A stretch of 64,000 bases of DNA from Bacteroides sp. GTDB taxonomy: Bacteria > Bacteroidota > Bacteroidia > Bacteroidales > Muribaculaceae. The notes under the pieces were generated by a model that was not told where the DNA came from, did no database searches, and was given only the letters and a program-made list of their open reading frames with translations. Position numbers and translations under genes: made by a program. Shown here piece after piece: positions 28,828 through 37,692 of this stretch (position 1 is the first letter of the stretch; each line of letters begins with the position of its first letter). The stretch is taken from NCBI GenBank assembly GCA_014801225.1, contig JAAVEO010000039.1, positions 26,133 to 90,132 on the forward strand, given 5' to 3'.

Positions 28828-30141
28828 ATGAACCTGAGAAATTCATTGCTCTCTCTCGGCGCCGCCGCACTTATCGGCCTTGGAATGTCTTCTTGCTCCG
28901 CAAGCCGAAAGACGATAGTATTCAATCCTGCTACTTTCAGTACTTTCCAAGTGTACGATGATTTCAATCGTGTCTTCTTGGATTCGGCAAAATATATTTA
29001 CCGCAATACATCCAAGGATCCTCATGCCACCGACCGTTTCCATGGAGCGGCTGCAATCTGGTGTCAGCCCATGTATGTGGATATGGCTCTCAATGCCATG
29101 CTACTCGCTCAGCGTGAAGGGAATGTCGTGAAGGAGGCACAGTATCGTGACTTGGCAAATCGTCTGGTAGACGGAAATGTAAAGCAGTATCTCAATTTCG
29201 ACTTCGACAATGCCGACGAGACCTATGGATGGTTCATATATGATGATATACAGTGGTGGACCATCACAATGGCTCGCGCCGCCAAATTGCTCGGACGCGA
29301 TGACTGCCGTGAGTTGGCCGAAAAGAGTTTTGCACGAGTGTGGTACGGTTCTCCTCGTGTGGGCGACACCGGCTCATATGCCGATCCTGAAAAAGGACTC
29401 GACGGCGGTATGTTCTGGCAGTGGCAACCACTGAGAAATCCGAAGAAGAATGTGGCTACGGACGCCAAGATGTCGTGTATCAACTTCCCGACTGTCATTG
29501 CAGCCATGTATCTCCACGATATCGTCCCTGCCGGAAGAAAGGCTGATTCCAATCCCGAGACTTGGAGCAATCAGTATGGCGACTTCACACGTCCGCATTA
29601 TGAGACTAAGGAGCGCTATCTGGAAATGGCCAAGGAGATATATGATTGGGCCGAGAAGCATCTCGATGCTGAGCCGAAGGGACGAATTGTAGACCATAGT
29701 GTGAACAATGAGCATCGTGGAGGCTCGCTAATTTACAATCAGGGCACCTTCATCGGGGCTGCCGCTCTTCTCTATCTTGAGACCGGCGATCCCCGCTATC
29801 TGGAGGATGCCAAGGCGGGAGCAGAGTATTCGATAAATGAGATGTCGGTGGATGGTGTGCTTCCTTGGGCTCACAACCGTCGCAATCCTTATGATCAGGG
29901 GTCGCTTGAGCAAGGTATCTATCCTGCTATTTGGGCGCAGTATATGGATCTTCTCATTAATAATTGCGGCCAGGAGCAATATCGCGACTATATCCGCCAT
30001 AATATCTCCGAGGGCCTCAAAAATCGCAATATCTTCGGAGTCTGCGACGGCGAGATGCAGAAATCCACTCCCGATGATGTGCTTATCGGAAGCTATGCGG
30101 CCTCTTCCCTCCCCTCGCTTATGCTTCTTTTCAACGAATAA
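28828..30141 (+). CDS. GH76-family glycoside hydrolase, lipoprotein
   Basis: Lipobox MSSC; FIYDDIQWW, GGMFW, KMSCINFP and YNQGTFIGAA motifs. Confidence 0.9.
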   Translation: MNLRNSLLSLGAAALIGLGMSSCSASRKTIVFNPATFSTFQVYDDFNRVFLDSAKYIYRNTSKDPHATDRFHGAAAIWCQPMYVDMALNAMLLAQREGNVVKEAQYRDLANRLVDGNVKQYLNFDFDNADETYGWFIYDDIQWWTITMARAAKLLGRDDCRELAEKSFARVWYGSPRVGDTGSYADPEKGLDGGMFWQWQPLRNPKKNVATDAKMSCINFPTVIAAMYLHDIVPAGRKADSNPETWSNQYGDFTRPHYETKERYLEMAKEIYDWAEKHLDAEPKGRIVDHSVNNEHRGGSLIYNQGTFIGAAALLYLETGDPRYLEDAKAGAEYSINEMSVDGVLPWAHNRRNPYDQGSLEQGIYPAIWAQYMDLLINNCGQEQYRDYIRHNISEGLKNRNIFGVCDGEMQKSTPDDVLIGSYAASSLPSLMLLFNE

Positions 30142-30175
30142 TTCGAGTAATCCGAGTAATTGAAGATCACAATAA

Positions 30176-30213
30176 GAAATCCGCTTTATGCCGAGGAGCA
30201 TAAAGCGGATTTC
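30176..30213. terminator. Bidirectional terminator between GH76 and dnaJ
   Basis: GAAATCCGCTTTATGC / GCATAAAGCGGATTTC perfect 16-bp stem between convergent genes. Confidence 0.8.
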
Positions 30214-30233
30214 ATATTTATAATAATAAGGGA

Positions 30234-31421
30234 TTATTCGCCTCGGTTCTCCTTGTTGAAGATGTGGCGTAGGCGAGAGAAGATGCGCTTGGCTGTTGAC
30301 TCGGTCGGAACTACGTTGGAAGAGTCTTTGAGCGATTCAACGGCGGCCTTCTCAGTGTCGCTGAGCTGTTCGGGAACATAAACCATCACATTGACAAGCA
30401 AATCACCCTTGACATTGGAATTGTATTGGGGAAGACCTTTACCACGCAGACGGAGCACTTTGCCGGGCTGAGTACCCGGGGCTATCTTCAATCGGGCACG
30501 ACCCTCGATAGTCGGCACTTCGGCTGTGCCGCCGAGAGCGGCTGTCGGGAAGTCAAGCATAAGATTGTAGATAACATCGTCTCCATCGCGGATAAGTTCA
30601 GGATCTTTCTCTTCCTTTATAACTACAAGGAGATCGCCTGTCACACCTCCGTTGGGAGCGGCATTACCTCTGCCGGGCAGAGTGAGCACCATGCCATCTT
30701 CCACACCGGCAGGGATAAAGAAGTTGACGATATCATCTTTCTTCACTACGCCTGTTCCGCCGCAGACATCACATTTCTCCGTAATCTGCTGTCCTGTACC
30801 GTTACAATCGGGACATACAACGGTGCTCATCTGCGGACCGAAAATCGTATTCTGCTGCACCTGGATATGACCGGTGCCATGGCAACGCTGACAAGTATGG
30901 AAAGCTGTGCCATTTTTAGCGCCGGTGCCCTTACAAGCCTCGCAGGCTACCATACGGGGGATCTTGAGCTTCTTCTCAACGCCGTTGAGGATATCTTTGA
31001 GAGTGACTTTAACAGTGACTCTAAGGTCGGAACCCTTGTTGACACGGCGACGCGGCTCTGCGCTACGACCGCCTGTAGAGTAACGGCCGCCGAAGATATC
31101 GCCGAAATTGCTGAAGATATCCTCCATCGTGAAGCCTCCGCCGCCAAAACCTCCGAAGCCCTCGAAGCCGTGGGCACCGCCTCCGAAGCCCCCTTGTTCA
31201 CCTGCAAAGCCGAACTGATCGTAGCGCTGGCGCTTCTTCTCATCGCTGAGAACATCGTAGGCCTCGGCTGCCTCCTTGAATTTCTCCTCGGCTTCCTTGT
31301 CGCCGGGGTTCTTGTCGGGGTGGTATTTGATGGCCATCTTTCGATAGGCCTTCTTTATTTCGTCAGGTGATGCTGTCTTAGAGACACCCAGCACCTCATA
31401 GTAATCTCTTTTCTGTGCCAT
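30234..31421 (-). CDS. dnaJ: Chaperone DnaJ
   Basis: J domain (DYYEVLG, HPD), G/F-rich region and four CxxCxGTG repeats. Confidence 0.98.
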   Translation of the reverse strand: MAQKRDYYEVLGVSKTASPDEIKKAYRKMAIKYHPDKNPGDKEAEEKFKEAAEAYDVLSDEKKRQRYDQFGFAGEQGGFGGGAHGFEGFGGFGGGGFTMEDIFSNFGDIFGGRYSTGGRSAEPRRRVNKGSDLRVTVKVTLKDILNGVEKKLKIPRMVACEACKGTGAKNGTAFHTCQRCHGTGHIQVQQNTIFGPQMSTVVCPDCNGTGQQITEKCDVCGGTGVVKKDDIVNFFIPAGVEDGMVLTLPGRGNAAPNGGVTGDLLVVIKEEKDPELIRDGDDVIYNLMLDFPTAALGGTAEVPTIEGRARLKIAPGTQPGKVLRLRGKGLPQYNSNVKGDLLVNVMVYVPEQLSDTEKAAVESLKDSSNVVPTESTAKRIFSRLRHIFNKENRGE

Positions 31422-31448
31422 TTCAGTGGAATTTTATAAGTAATATTA

Positions 31449-32078
31449 TCACTGGGCCACAACCACTTTGGCGTGGCGAAGCACCTTGTCATTTAGCATG
31501 TAACCCTTCTCTACAGTATCCAGAATCTTTCCTTTAAGAGAGGGATCGGGAGCCGGGATTGCGGAGATAGCCTCATGCTTCTCGGTGCTGAAGTCGCGAT
31601 CCTCGGGATCGATTTCCTTCACACCATTAAGCTCGAGATATTTACGCAGTTTGTTATAGATAAGTTTCATACCCTCTTTGAGAGCAGCTACATCATCACT
31701 ATTCTCACTTGCCTTGATGGCACGCTCAAAGTCATCTACAATAGGAAGGATACCCTTAAGCACACCCTCGGCACCATTACGTATAATCTCGCTCTTCTCG
31801 CGAAGAGTACGTTTACGGAAATTGTCAAACTCCGCCATAAGGAAAAGATATTCTTTCTTCTCCTTCTGAAGTTCTTCCTCAAGGCGGCCGATTTTGGCTT
31901 CGGAACTTTCTTCCTCTACCATGGGCTCATCATTCACTTCTACATCCTCGGGGACGACATCTTCCAACTCGGGAGTCTCGGCCTCTACTGATGCGTTTTC
32001 CTTATTTAATTTTTCCTCGGCAGGATCGCCGTTATAACGGTTTTGATTGTTCTCGTGGTTCTTATTCTTATTTCCCAT
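31449..32078 (-). CDS. grpE: Nucleotide exchange factor GrpE
   Basis: AEFDNFRKR, LPIVDDFERA and KGYMLNDKVLRHAKVVV motifs. Start taken at ATG 32078 (the ORF track starts at 32111). Confidence 0.97.
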   Translation of the reverse strand: MGNKNKNHENNQNRYNGDPAEEKLNKENASVEAETPELEDVVPEDVEVNDEPMVEEESSEAKIGRLEEELQKEKKEYLFLMAEFDNFRKRTLREKSEIIRNGAEGVLKGILPIVDDFERAIKASENSDDVAALKEGMKLIYNKLRKYLELNGVKEIDPEDRDFSTEKHEAISAIPAPDPSLKGKILDTVEKGYMLNDKVLRHAKVVVAQ

Positions 32079-32186
32079 GACGGTAATATATTTTATGTGT
32101 TTTTCTATCAAATTTTACGCCAAAATATGTTAAAACGCATTAAGACTCTCATTATTCATAAAAATCTCTTATGTTTCAACCTATTC

Positions 32187-33074
32187 TTACTTCAATTCTA
32201 ACAACCAAACACCCTCAAGGGTTGACCCCAATGCGTCTATTCCATTTTCAGCCTTTTCCCGGGAAGGATAAAGGCCGTATAAAGCAGCTCCGGAACCGGA
32301 CATCGATGCATAGACCGCTCCGGAGGCGTAGAGCTTCTCCTTCACTTCGCTCAATTCAGGATATAGAGGGAAAAGAGTAGTCTCAAACTGATTGAACACA
32401 CCTGCCTCTTTCCACTGATATGGAGAAAGCGATGCGAGTGTGCGCAAGTCCATAGGAGCGGGAGCAGGCACCATTCCGGCAAAAGCCTCTCGTGTGGATA
32501 TATGAATGCGCGGCTTCGCTATGACAATCCACCAACCGTCAAGCGAAAGGGAAATATCTTCCAGACGCTCCCCCACTCCGGCTGCGTAAGCGGCGTGATT
32601 GCGCACAAAAAACGGGCAATCGGCTCCGAGGCGCAAGGCCATATCCTCCAACTCCGTATCAGAGAAAGAGGAGTCGCAGAGAGTATTGAGAGTGCGCAGC
32701 GTGAACGTGGCATCGGCACTCCCCCCCCCAAGTCCTGCTCCGTCCGGCAGGTTCTTAAGAAGTGTTATATGATATGGAGGCAGCGACATCCCTTTCTTCT
32801 CATGGAAAGCGTCGCGAAAAAGAGATATTGCACGCCACACGAGGTTTTTATCAAGCGGACAGTCGACATGCCTCCCTTTTATTACAAGATTATCCTCCTC
32901 AGACGCCACATATTCTATAATATCGCAGAAAGGATGTGGGGATGCGGAAGTTCCGGCAAGCCCTTCGGCAACGCCTACAGGATAGAAGACAGTCTCGAGG
33001 TCATGGTAGCCGTCAGGACGTTTACTCGTGACGTACAGACCGATATTTATCTTAGCGTTTACAAATGCAAGCAT
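32187..33074 (-). CDS. ispE: 4-diphosphocytidyl-2-C-methyl-D-erythritol kinase
   Basis: NAKINIGL, DGYHDLETVF, GAGLGGGSADA, LGADCPFF and MSGSG motifs. Confidence 0.97.
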   Translation of the reverse strand: MLAFVNAKINIGLYVTSKRPDGYHDLETVFYPVGVAEGLAGTSASPHPFCDIIEYVASEEDNLVIKGRHVDCPLDKNLVWRAISLFRDAFHEKKGMSLPPYHITLLKNLPDGAGLGGGSADATFTLRTLNTLCDSSFSDTELEDMALRLGADCPFFVRNHAAYAAGVGERLEDISLSLDGWWIVIAKPRIHISTREAFAGMVPAPAPMDLRTLASLSPYQWKEAGVFNQFETTLFPLYPELSEVKEKLYASGAVYASMSGSGAALYGLYPSREKAENGIDALGSTLEGVWLLELK

Positions 33075-33226
33075 AGTCTATTTTTCTATTGGCTTGACAA
33101 AAGTACAAAAAATAACGATAGAAAAACAATTCAAACCGAGCGGCAACATAGATTGTTATATCAAAGGAAGCTGAAAGGCTACCTCAATATGAAAACACAC
33201 TGAGAATTAATAAAAGAATAAATGCT

Positions 33227-33523
33227 ATGAAAACATTTGAAGAAGTTATATCCGGAAATGTGCCCTCTTTGGCCGTGTTTATCAATTCCGGAGAAACAGG
33301 CGATAATGAAGTGAATGATGTGATCGAAGAGATTCGCTCCAAGTTTGGAGAGAGAGTCAATGTGCTTCGTGTGAACGGTTCGTATGACCATCGTCTGGCA
33401 CATCAGTACGATATCCATACCTACCCCACTTATATTCTCCTCAAAGAGGGGGAGGAACTGATGCGTGAAAGCGGAAAGAAGAGTGTGGCTGAGCTTTCCG
33501 CGCTCATAGAGCGTGCGTTCTGA
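33227..33523 (+). CDS. Thioredoxin-fold protein lacking CxxC
   Basis: 98 aa with the Trx-like pattern FEEVI...VLRVN...YDIHTYPTYILLKEGEELMRESG; contains no Cys. Confidence 0.75.
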   Translation: MKTFEEVISGNVPSLAVFINSGETGDNEVNDVIEEIRSKFGERVNVLRVNGSYDHRLAHQYDIHTYPTYILLKEGEELMRESGKKSVAELSALIERAF

Positions 33524-33527
33524 TTTC

Positions 33528-34871
33528 TTATATCGTCCGCATTCCAAGCGAACGATGCCATATCACTGCCAATATCATCCCTCTTGCCAATAGATAAATC
33601 AGGAAAGAGGCCCAGATGATATCCATTGCCGAAATACTGCCGATCAGCAACGTGTCACCACCATGATGATAACCCCGGAAGACCGGAAGTGTGGCGGCAA
33701 AGAACAATAGTGAAGCAATGAGAGTGGCAACGAGCATGGAACGTGTGCGTGTCACTCCTATAAAGAAACCATCGTAGATAAAGGCGGCAACCGTGACAGG
33801 AGGGATGAGTATGATCCATAGATGATACTGTGCCACAAATTCACGCACGGGAATATCATCTGTGAGCATATCCACCACTCCCTGCCATCCAATCAGGTAA
33901 AGCCCTAAGAACACAACAGCTATTCCCGCCGACCACCGGAGGAGGTATCTGACCGATTTGCGGAGCATCGCCATATTGTGCGCTCCGGCAAAGCGTCCGC
34001 AGAGAGCTTCTCCGGTGAACGCATATCCGTCCATAAAGAAGGAGAAAAATGTGAAGAATTGCTGCATTACGGCATTAGAGGCCAATGCCACGGCACCTAA
34101 ACGGGCACTGTAGGCCGTAACGGCCATCGTCACAGCCATTACACAGGCCGAGCGGATGAAAAGGTCGGAATTGACGGAGAAGAATTTTTTCATCCCGCCT
34201 CCTTTGAAAAGGGCTCTCCATCCACACCATAATCCTCCCTCGGGAGCCAATCCCATCGCAAGAATCATGGCAAGCGCGAATCCGAACCAATTGGAAAGAA
34301 GTGTACCGTAGGCCACACCCGTGAATCCCATCCCCAGCGGGAATACAAAAAGGTAGCTGGCTATGATATTGACTACATTTACCGATATGGCTACAATCAT
34401 TGCGCGCACAGTGGATTGCATTCCCACAAGCCATCCCGATATAGCCATTATAGCCATCTGGGCGGGAGCTTCATATATGCAGATATTGAAATAGGAAGTG
34501 GCGTAACGGGCCGTATCCGGATCAGCACCTACAAGCCAAAGCATACTTTGCAGAAGGGGGTATTGACATATCACCATCGAAAAGCCAAGGATAAAGCCAA
34601 GAAACAGAGAACGAGAGAAGGCTTCACGGATAGCACACGCATCCTTGCGTCCGAATGCATTGGCGGTAAGGCCGGTGGTGCCCATCCGCAAGAATCCGAA
34701 GAGGCGGAAGAGCACGCTTATCATGAGCGACCCAACGGCTATGGCAGCGAGAAAAACGGCTGAACCGAGATGTCCGGAGATAGCAGTGTCGCACAGGCCG
34801 AGAAGTGGCACCGTGACATTGCTTACTATGGCAGGGATCGACAGACGGAGTATTTCGCGATTGAGATTCAT
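33528..34871 (-). CDS. MATE-family efflux transporter (DinF-like)
   Basis: ILRLSIPAIVSNVTVPLLGLCDTAISGHLG and FGFLRMGTTGL motifs; about 12 TM helices. Confidence 0.93.
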   Translation of the reverse strand: MNLNREILRLSIPAIVSNVTVPLLGLCDTAISGHLGSAVFLAAIAVGSLMISVLFRLFGFLRMGTTGLTANAFGRKDACAIREAFSRSLFLGFILGFSMVICQYPLLQSMLWLVGADPDTARYATSYFNICIYEAPAQMAIMAISGWLVGMQSTVRAMIVAISVNVVNIIASYLFVFPLGMGFTGVAYGTLLSNWFGFALAMILAMGLAPEGGLWCGWRALFKGGGMKKFFSVNSDLFIRSACVMAVTMAVTAYSARLGAVALASNAVMQQFFTFFSFFMDGYAFTGEALCGRFAGAHNMAMLRKSVRYLLRWSAGIAVVFLGLYLIGWQGVVDMLTDDIPVREFVAQYHLWIILIPPVTVAAFIYDGFFIGVTRTRSMLVATLIASLLFFAATLPVFRGYHHGGDTLLIGSISAMDIIWASFLIYLLARGMILAVIWHRSLGMRTI

Positions 34872-34951
34872 GGAGCAAAATTACAAAAAAAGCACCACGG
34901 CAAGGGTATGCAAGGGCCGCGATTGAAAAATAATTACTAATTTTGCCCTGA

Positions 34952-35806
34952 ATGAATATGGATATAGAGCAGGACAATCGTCGCCAGAGAGGATTCGACC
35001 TCTCTGACACCGGACAATGGCGACTCATAATCTATCTCGGCAAGACGGGTATATCAGCCTGGCTCAAAAGCACCGAGGACCCCACTATTCCCGTGGGGCG
35101 ACTCTTTGCATCACGTTGGGAACGACAGCCGGAAGGTCTTCTTTCCCGTATCGAGAATGCAGTATATGACCATCCAAGAGTGCTCGATGATTTCTCGGCC
35201 GATATAATTGTGGAGACGGAGAAATGTCTTTGGGTGCCAAAGGCTCTGACCGAAGATAATCCTGAAGAGAAATGCGAAGAATGGTTCGGACAGGTGTGGC
35301 CGGGAATGGAGACAGAATTCATCACCGATGATTGTGATGAAAAACTGTGTCTGTATGCACTTGTGCCCGGTCTGCGCGATTTTCTGGGACGTACGTTCCC
35401 CGGCACACGTATTTCCTCTCATCAGAGTGTGCTGGTAAGGAATCTTGCCGGACGCGCCGCCGACGATGTGAGGCTTTATATCGATATCCGCGAGGGAGAG
35501 GCCGATCTGATAGCTTTCTCCGGAAAGAATCTCCTGCATTGTTCCACTCACAGATGGGAAGCGGAGACAGATATCATCTGGCATGCTTTCAATCTGCTTG
35601 AGGTGTACGGGGTTGACCCGGCCAAGGCACAAGTGTGCCTCTCCGGCGACCGCACATTACGCGAGAACATAGCACGCGATATGCGGGAATACCTCTCTTT
35701 CGTGATGCTCACGATGGTGCCGAGAGTGGAGTCGGACACTCCGTTGCCTTTGGCAGCCACTTTCTGCGCCGCCCGTAATAACTTCATAGACCATACTGAA
35801 AAATGA
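34952..35806 (+). CDS. DUF3822-family protein
   Basis: 284 aa overlapping the rsmD start (ATGA); IENAVYDHP motif. The DUF3822-rsmD pairing is common in Bacteroidetes. Confidence 0.7.
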   Translation: MNMDIEQDNRRQRGFDLSDTGQWRLIIYLGKTGISAWLKSTEDPTIPVGRLFASRWERQPEGLLSRIENAVYDHPRVLDDFSADIIVETEKCLWVPKALTEDNPEEKCEEWFGQVWPGMETEFITDDCDEKLCLYALVPGLRDFLGRTFPGTRISSHQSVLVRNLAGRAADDVRLYIDIREGEADLIAFSGKNLLHCSTHRWEAETDIIWHAFNLLEVYGVDPAKAQVCLSGDRTLRENIARDMREYLSFVMLTMVPRVESDTPLPLAATFCAARNNFIDHTEK

Positions 35807-36369
35807 GAATAATCAGAGGTAAATATGGTCGTCGCCGGTTTGATGTGCCGCGCAATATCACAGCGCGTCCCACTACCGACTTCGCCCGTGAGAATATATT
35901 CAATGTGCTGGAAAACAGCTACGACCTCGAGGGGAAGACCGCCCTCGATCTTTTTGCCGGCACCGGAGCCATATCGCTTGAATTTCTTTCAAGAGGATGC
36001 CGCAGCGTGACATGTGTGGAGATGGCCGCGAATCAGGCGAATTTCATTCGCAGTGTTGTAGCCCGGCTCAACGATGAGAATCTGAAAGTGATACGGGGCG
36101 ATGTGTTTCGCTTCGTGGCCTCGTGCAAGGAGAAGTTTGATTTTATCTTCGCCGATCCGCCTTATAATCATCCCGACTTCGGGAAGGTGCCCGGGCTGAT
36201 ACTCGGCTCGGATATGCTGAAAGAGGGCACAGTGGTGATAATCGAACATTCCAAGGCTTATGACTTTTCGGATCTCCCCTATTTCCGTGAACACCGAAGC
36301 TACGGCAGTGTGAATTTCTCTATCTTCGTAGTAGAGAAAAAGGCGGAAGCCGAGGCCGAAGAAAATTAA
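35803..36369 (+). CDS. rsmD: 16S rRNA m2G966 methyltransferase RsmD
   Basis: MRIIRG, RPTTD, LDLFAGTGAISLEFLSRG, FADPPY, EH and RSYG motifs. Confidence 0.93.
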   Translation: MRIIRGKYGRRRFDVPRNITARPTTDFARENIFNVLENSYDLEGKTALDLFAGTGAISLEFLSRGCRSVTCVEMAANQANFIRSVVARLNDENLKVIRGDVFRFVASCKEKFDFIFADPPYNHPDFGKVPGLILGSDMLKEGTVVIIEHSKAYDFSDLPYFREHRSYGSVNFSIFVVEKKAEAEAEEN

Positions 36370-36420
36370 GCATAACGACCTGACATATTTATAAAAACTG
36401 AAAAAATTCTTACCTATTCC

Positions 36421-37638
36421 ATGGATACAAAAATAAAGTTAGACACTATCGAAGAGGCTATCGCCGACTTCCGTGAGGGAAAATTCATCATCGTGGTTGA
36501 CGACGAAGACCGCGAGAACGAGGGCGATCTCATCATCGCCGCTGAGAAAATCACACCCGAGCAAGTGAACTTCATGCTCAAGAATGCGCGTGGTGTGCTT
36601 TGTGTGCCTATCACCAACAAGCGTTGCGAGGAGCTTCAACTTGAGCGCCAGGTCAGCGACAACACCAGTGTGCTCGGCACTCCTTTCACTGTGACGGTGG
36701 ATAAACTCGAAGGATGCTCTACCGGCGTGAGCATTAATGACCGTGCCGCTACTATCCGTGCTCTCGCCGACCCGAATTCAGAGCCTTCCACTTTCGGACG
36801 TCCCGGCCATATAAATCCTCTTTATGCTCAGGATCGCGGAGTGCTCCAGCGTGCGGGCCATACGGAGGCAGCTGTGGATTTCGCACGCCTCGCAGGGTTG
36901 CACCCTTGCGCAGCTCTTATGGAAATCATGAGCGATGACGGCACAATGGCACGTCTCCCCGAACTTCGAAAGCGTGCCGATGAGTGGGGTATGAAACTCG
37001 TCAGTATACGCGATCTTATCGCCTATCGCCTGAAGCATGACGCTGTAGTCGAGATGGGCGAAGAAGTGGATATGCCTACAGCTTACGGTCATTTCCGCCT
37101 TATCCCTTTCCGTCAGAATGACAACGGACTGGAACATATCGCGCTCATCAAGGGTGACGTTTCCGATGGAGAACCGGTGCTGGTACGTGTACATTCCTCT
37201 TGCGCTACTGGAGACATATTCGGTTCGCAGCGTTGTGAATGTGGTGAGCAGCTTCACCTCGCTATGGAGATGATTGAGAAAGAGGGGCGCGGAGCCGTGG
37301 TATACCTCAATCAGGAGGGTCGTGGCATAGGCTTGATGGATAAAATCAAGGCTTACAAGCTTCAAGAGAATGGTCTGGACACAGTGGATGCCAATCTGCA
37401 TCTCGGCCATAAGGCTGACGAACGTGACTACGGCGTGGGTGCCAACATTCTCAATATGTTAGGTATCAAGAAGATGCGTCTTATGACCAATAATCCCGTG
37501 AAGCGTATCGGATTGGAGGGTTACGGCCTGGAGATTACGGAGAATGTACCCTTGGAAGTGACTCCCAATGATTACAACCGATTCTATATGCACACCAAAA
37601 AGGAGCGTATGGGTCATGACCTCCATAAGGTGGACTGA
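36421..37638 (+). CDS. ribBA: Bifunctional DHBP synthase / GTP cyclohydrolase II
   Basis: [46 protein letters not shown] and MTNNP motifs. Confidence 0.98.
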   Translation: MDTKIKLDTIEEAIADFREGKFIIVVDDEDRENEGDLIIAAEKITPEQVNFMLKNARGVLCVPITNKRCEELQLERQVSDNTSVLGTPFTVTVDKLEGCSTGVSINDRAATIRALADPNSEPSTFGRPGHINPLYAQDRGVLQRAGHTEAAVDFARLAGLHPCAALMEIMSDDGTMARLPELRKRADEWGMKLVSIRDLIAYRLKHDAVVEMGEEVDMPTAYGHFRLIPFRQNDNGLEHIALIKGDVSDGEPVLVRVHSSCATGDIFGSQRCECGEQLHLAMEMIEKEGRGAVVYLNQEGRGIGLMDKIKAYKLQENGLDTVDANLHLGHKADERDYGVGANILNMLGIKKMRLMTNNPVKRIGLEGYGLEITENVPLEVTPNDYNRFYMHTKKERMGHDLHKVD

Positions 37639-37692
37639 TAAAGGGATTATTGCATCAGCAACATATTTCCGTAATACCGAATTAACCTCATA

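Noticed and set aside
30234-32078. grpE-dnaJ without dnaK
   Set aside because: This is the usual arrangement in Bacteroidetes.
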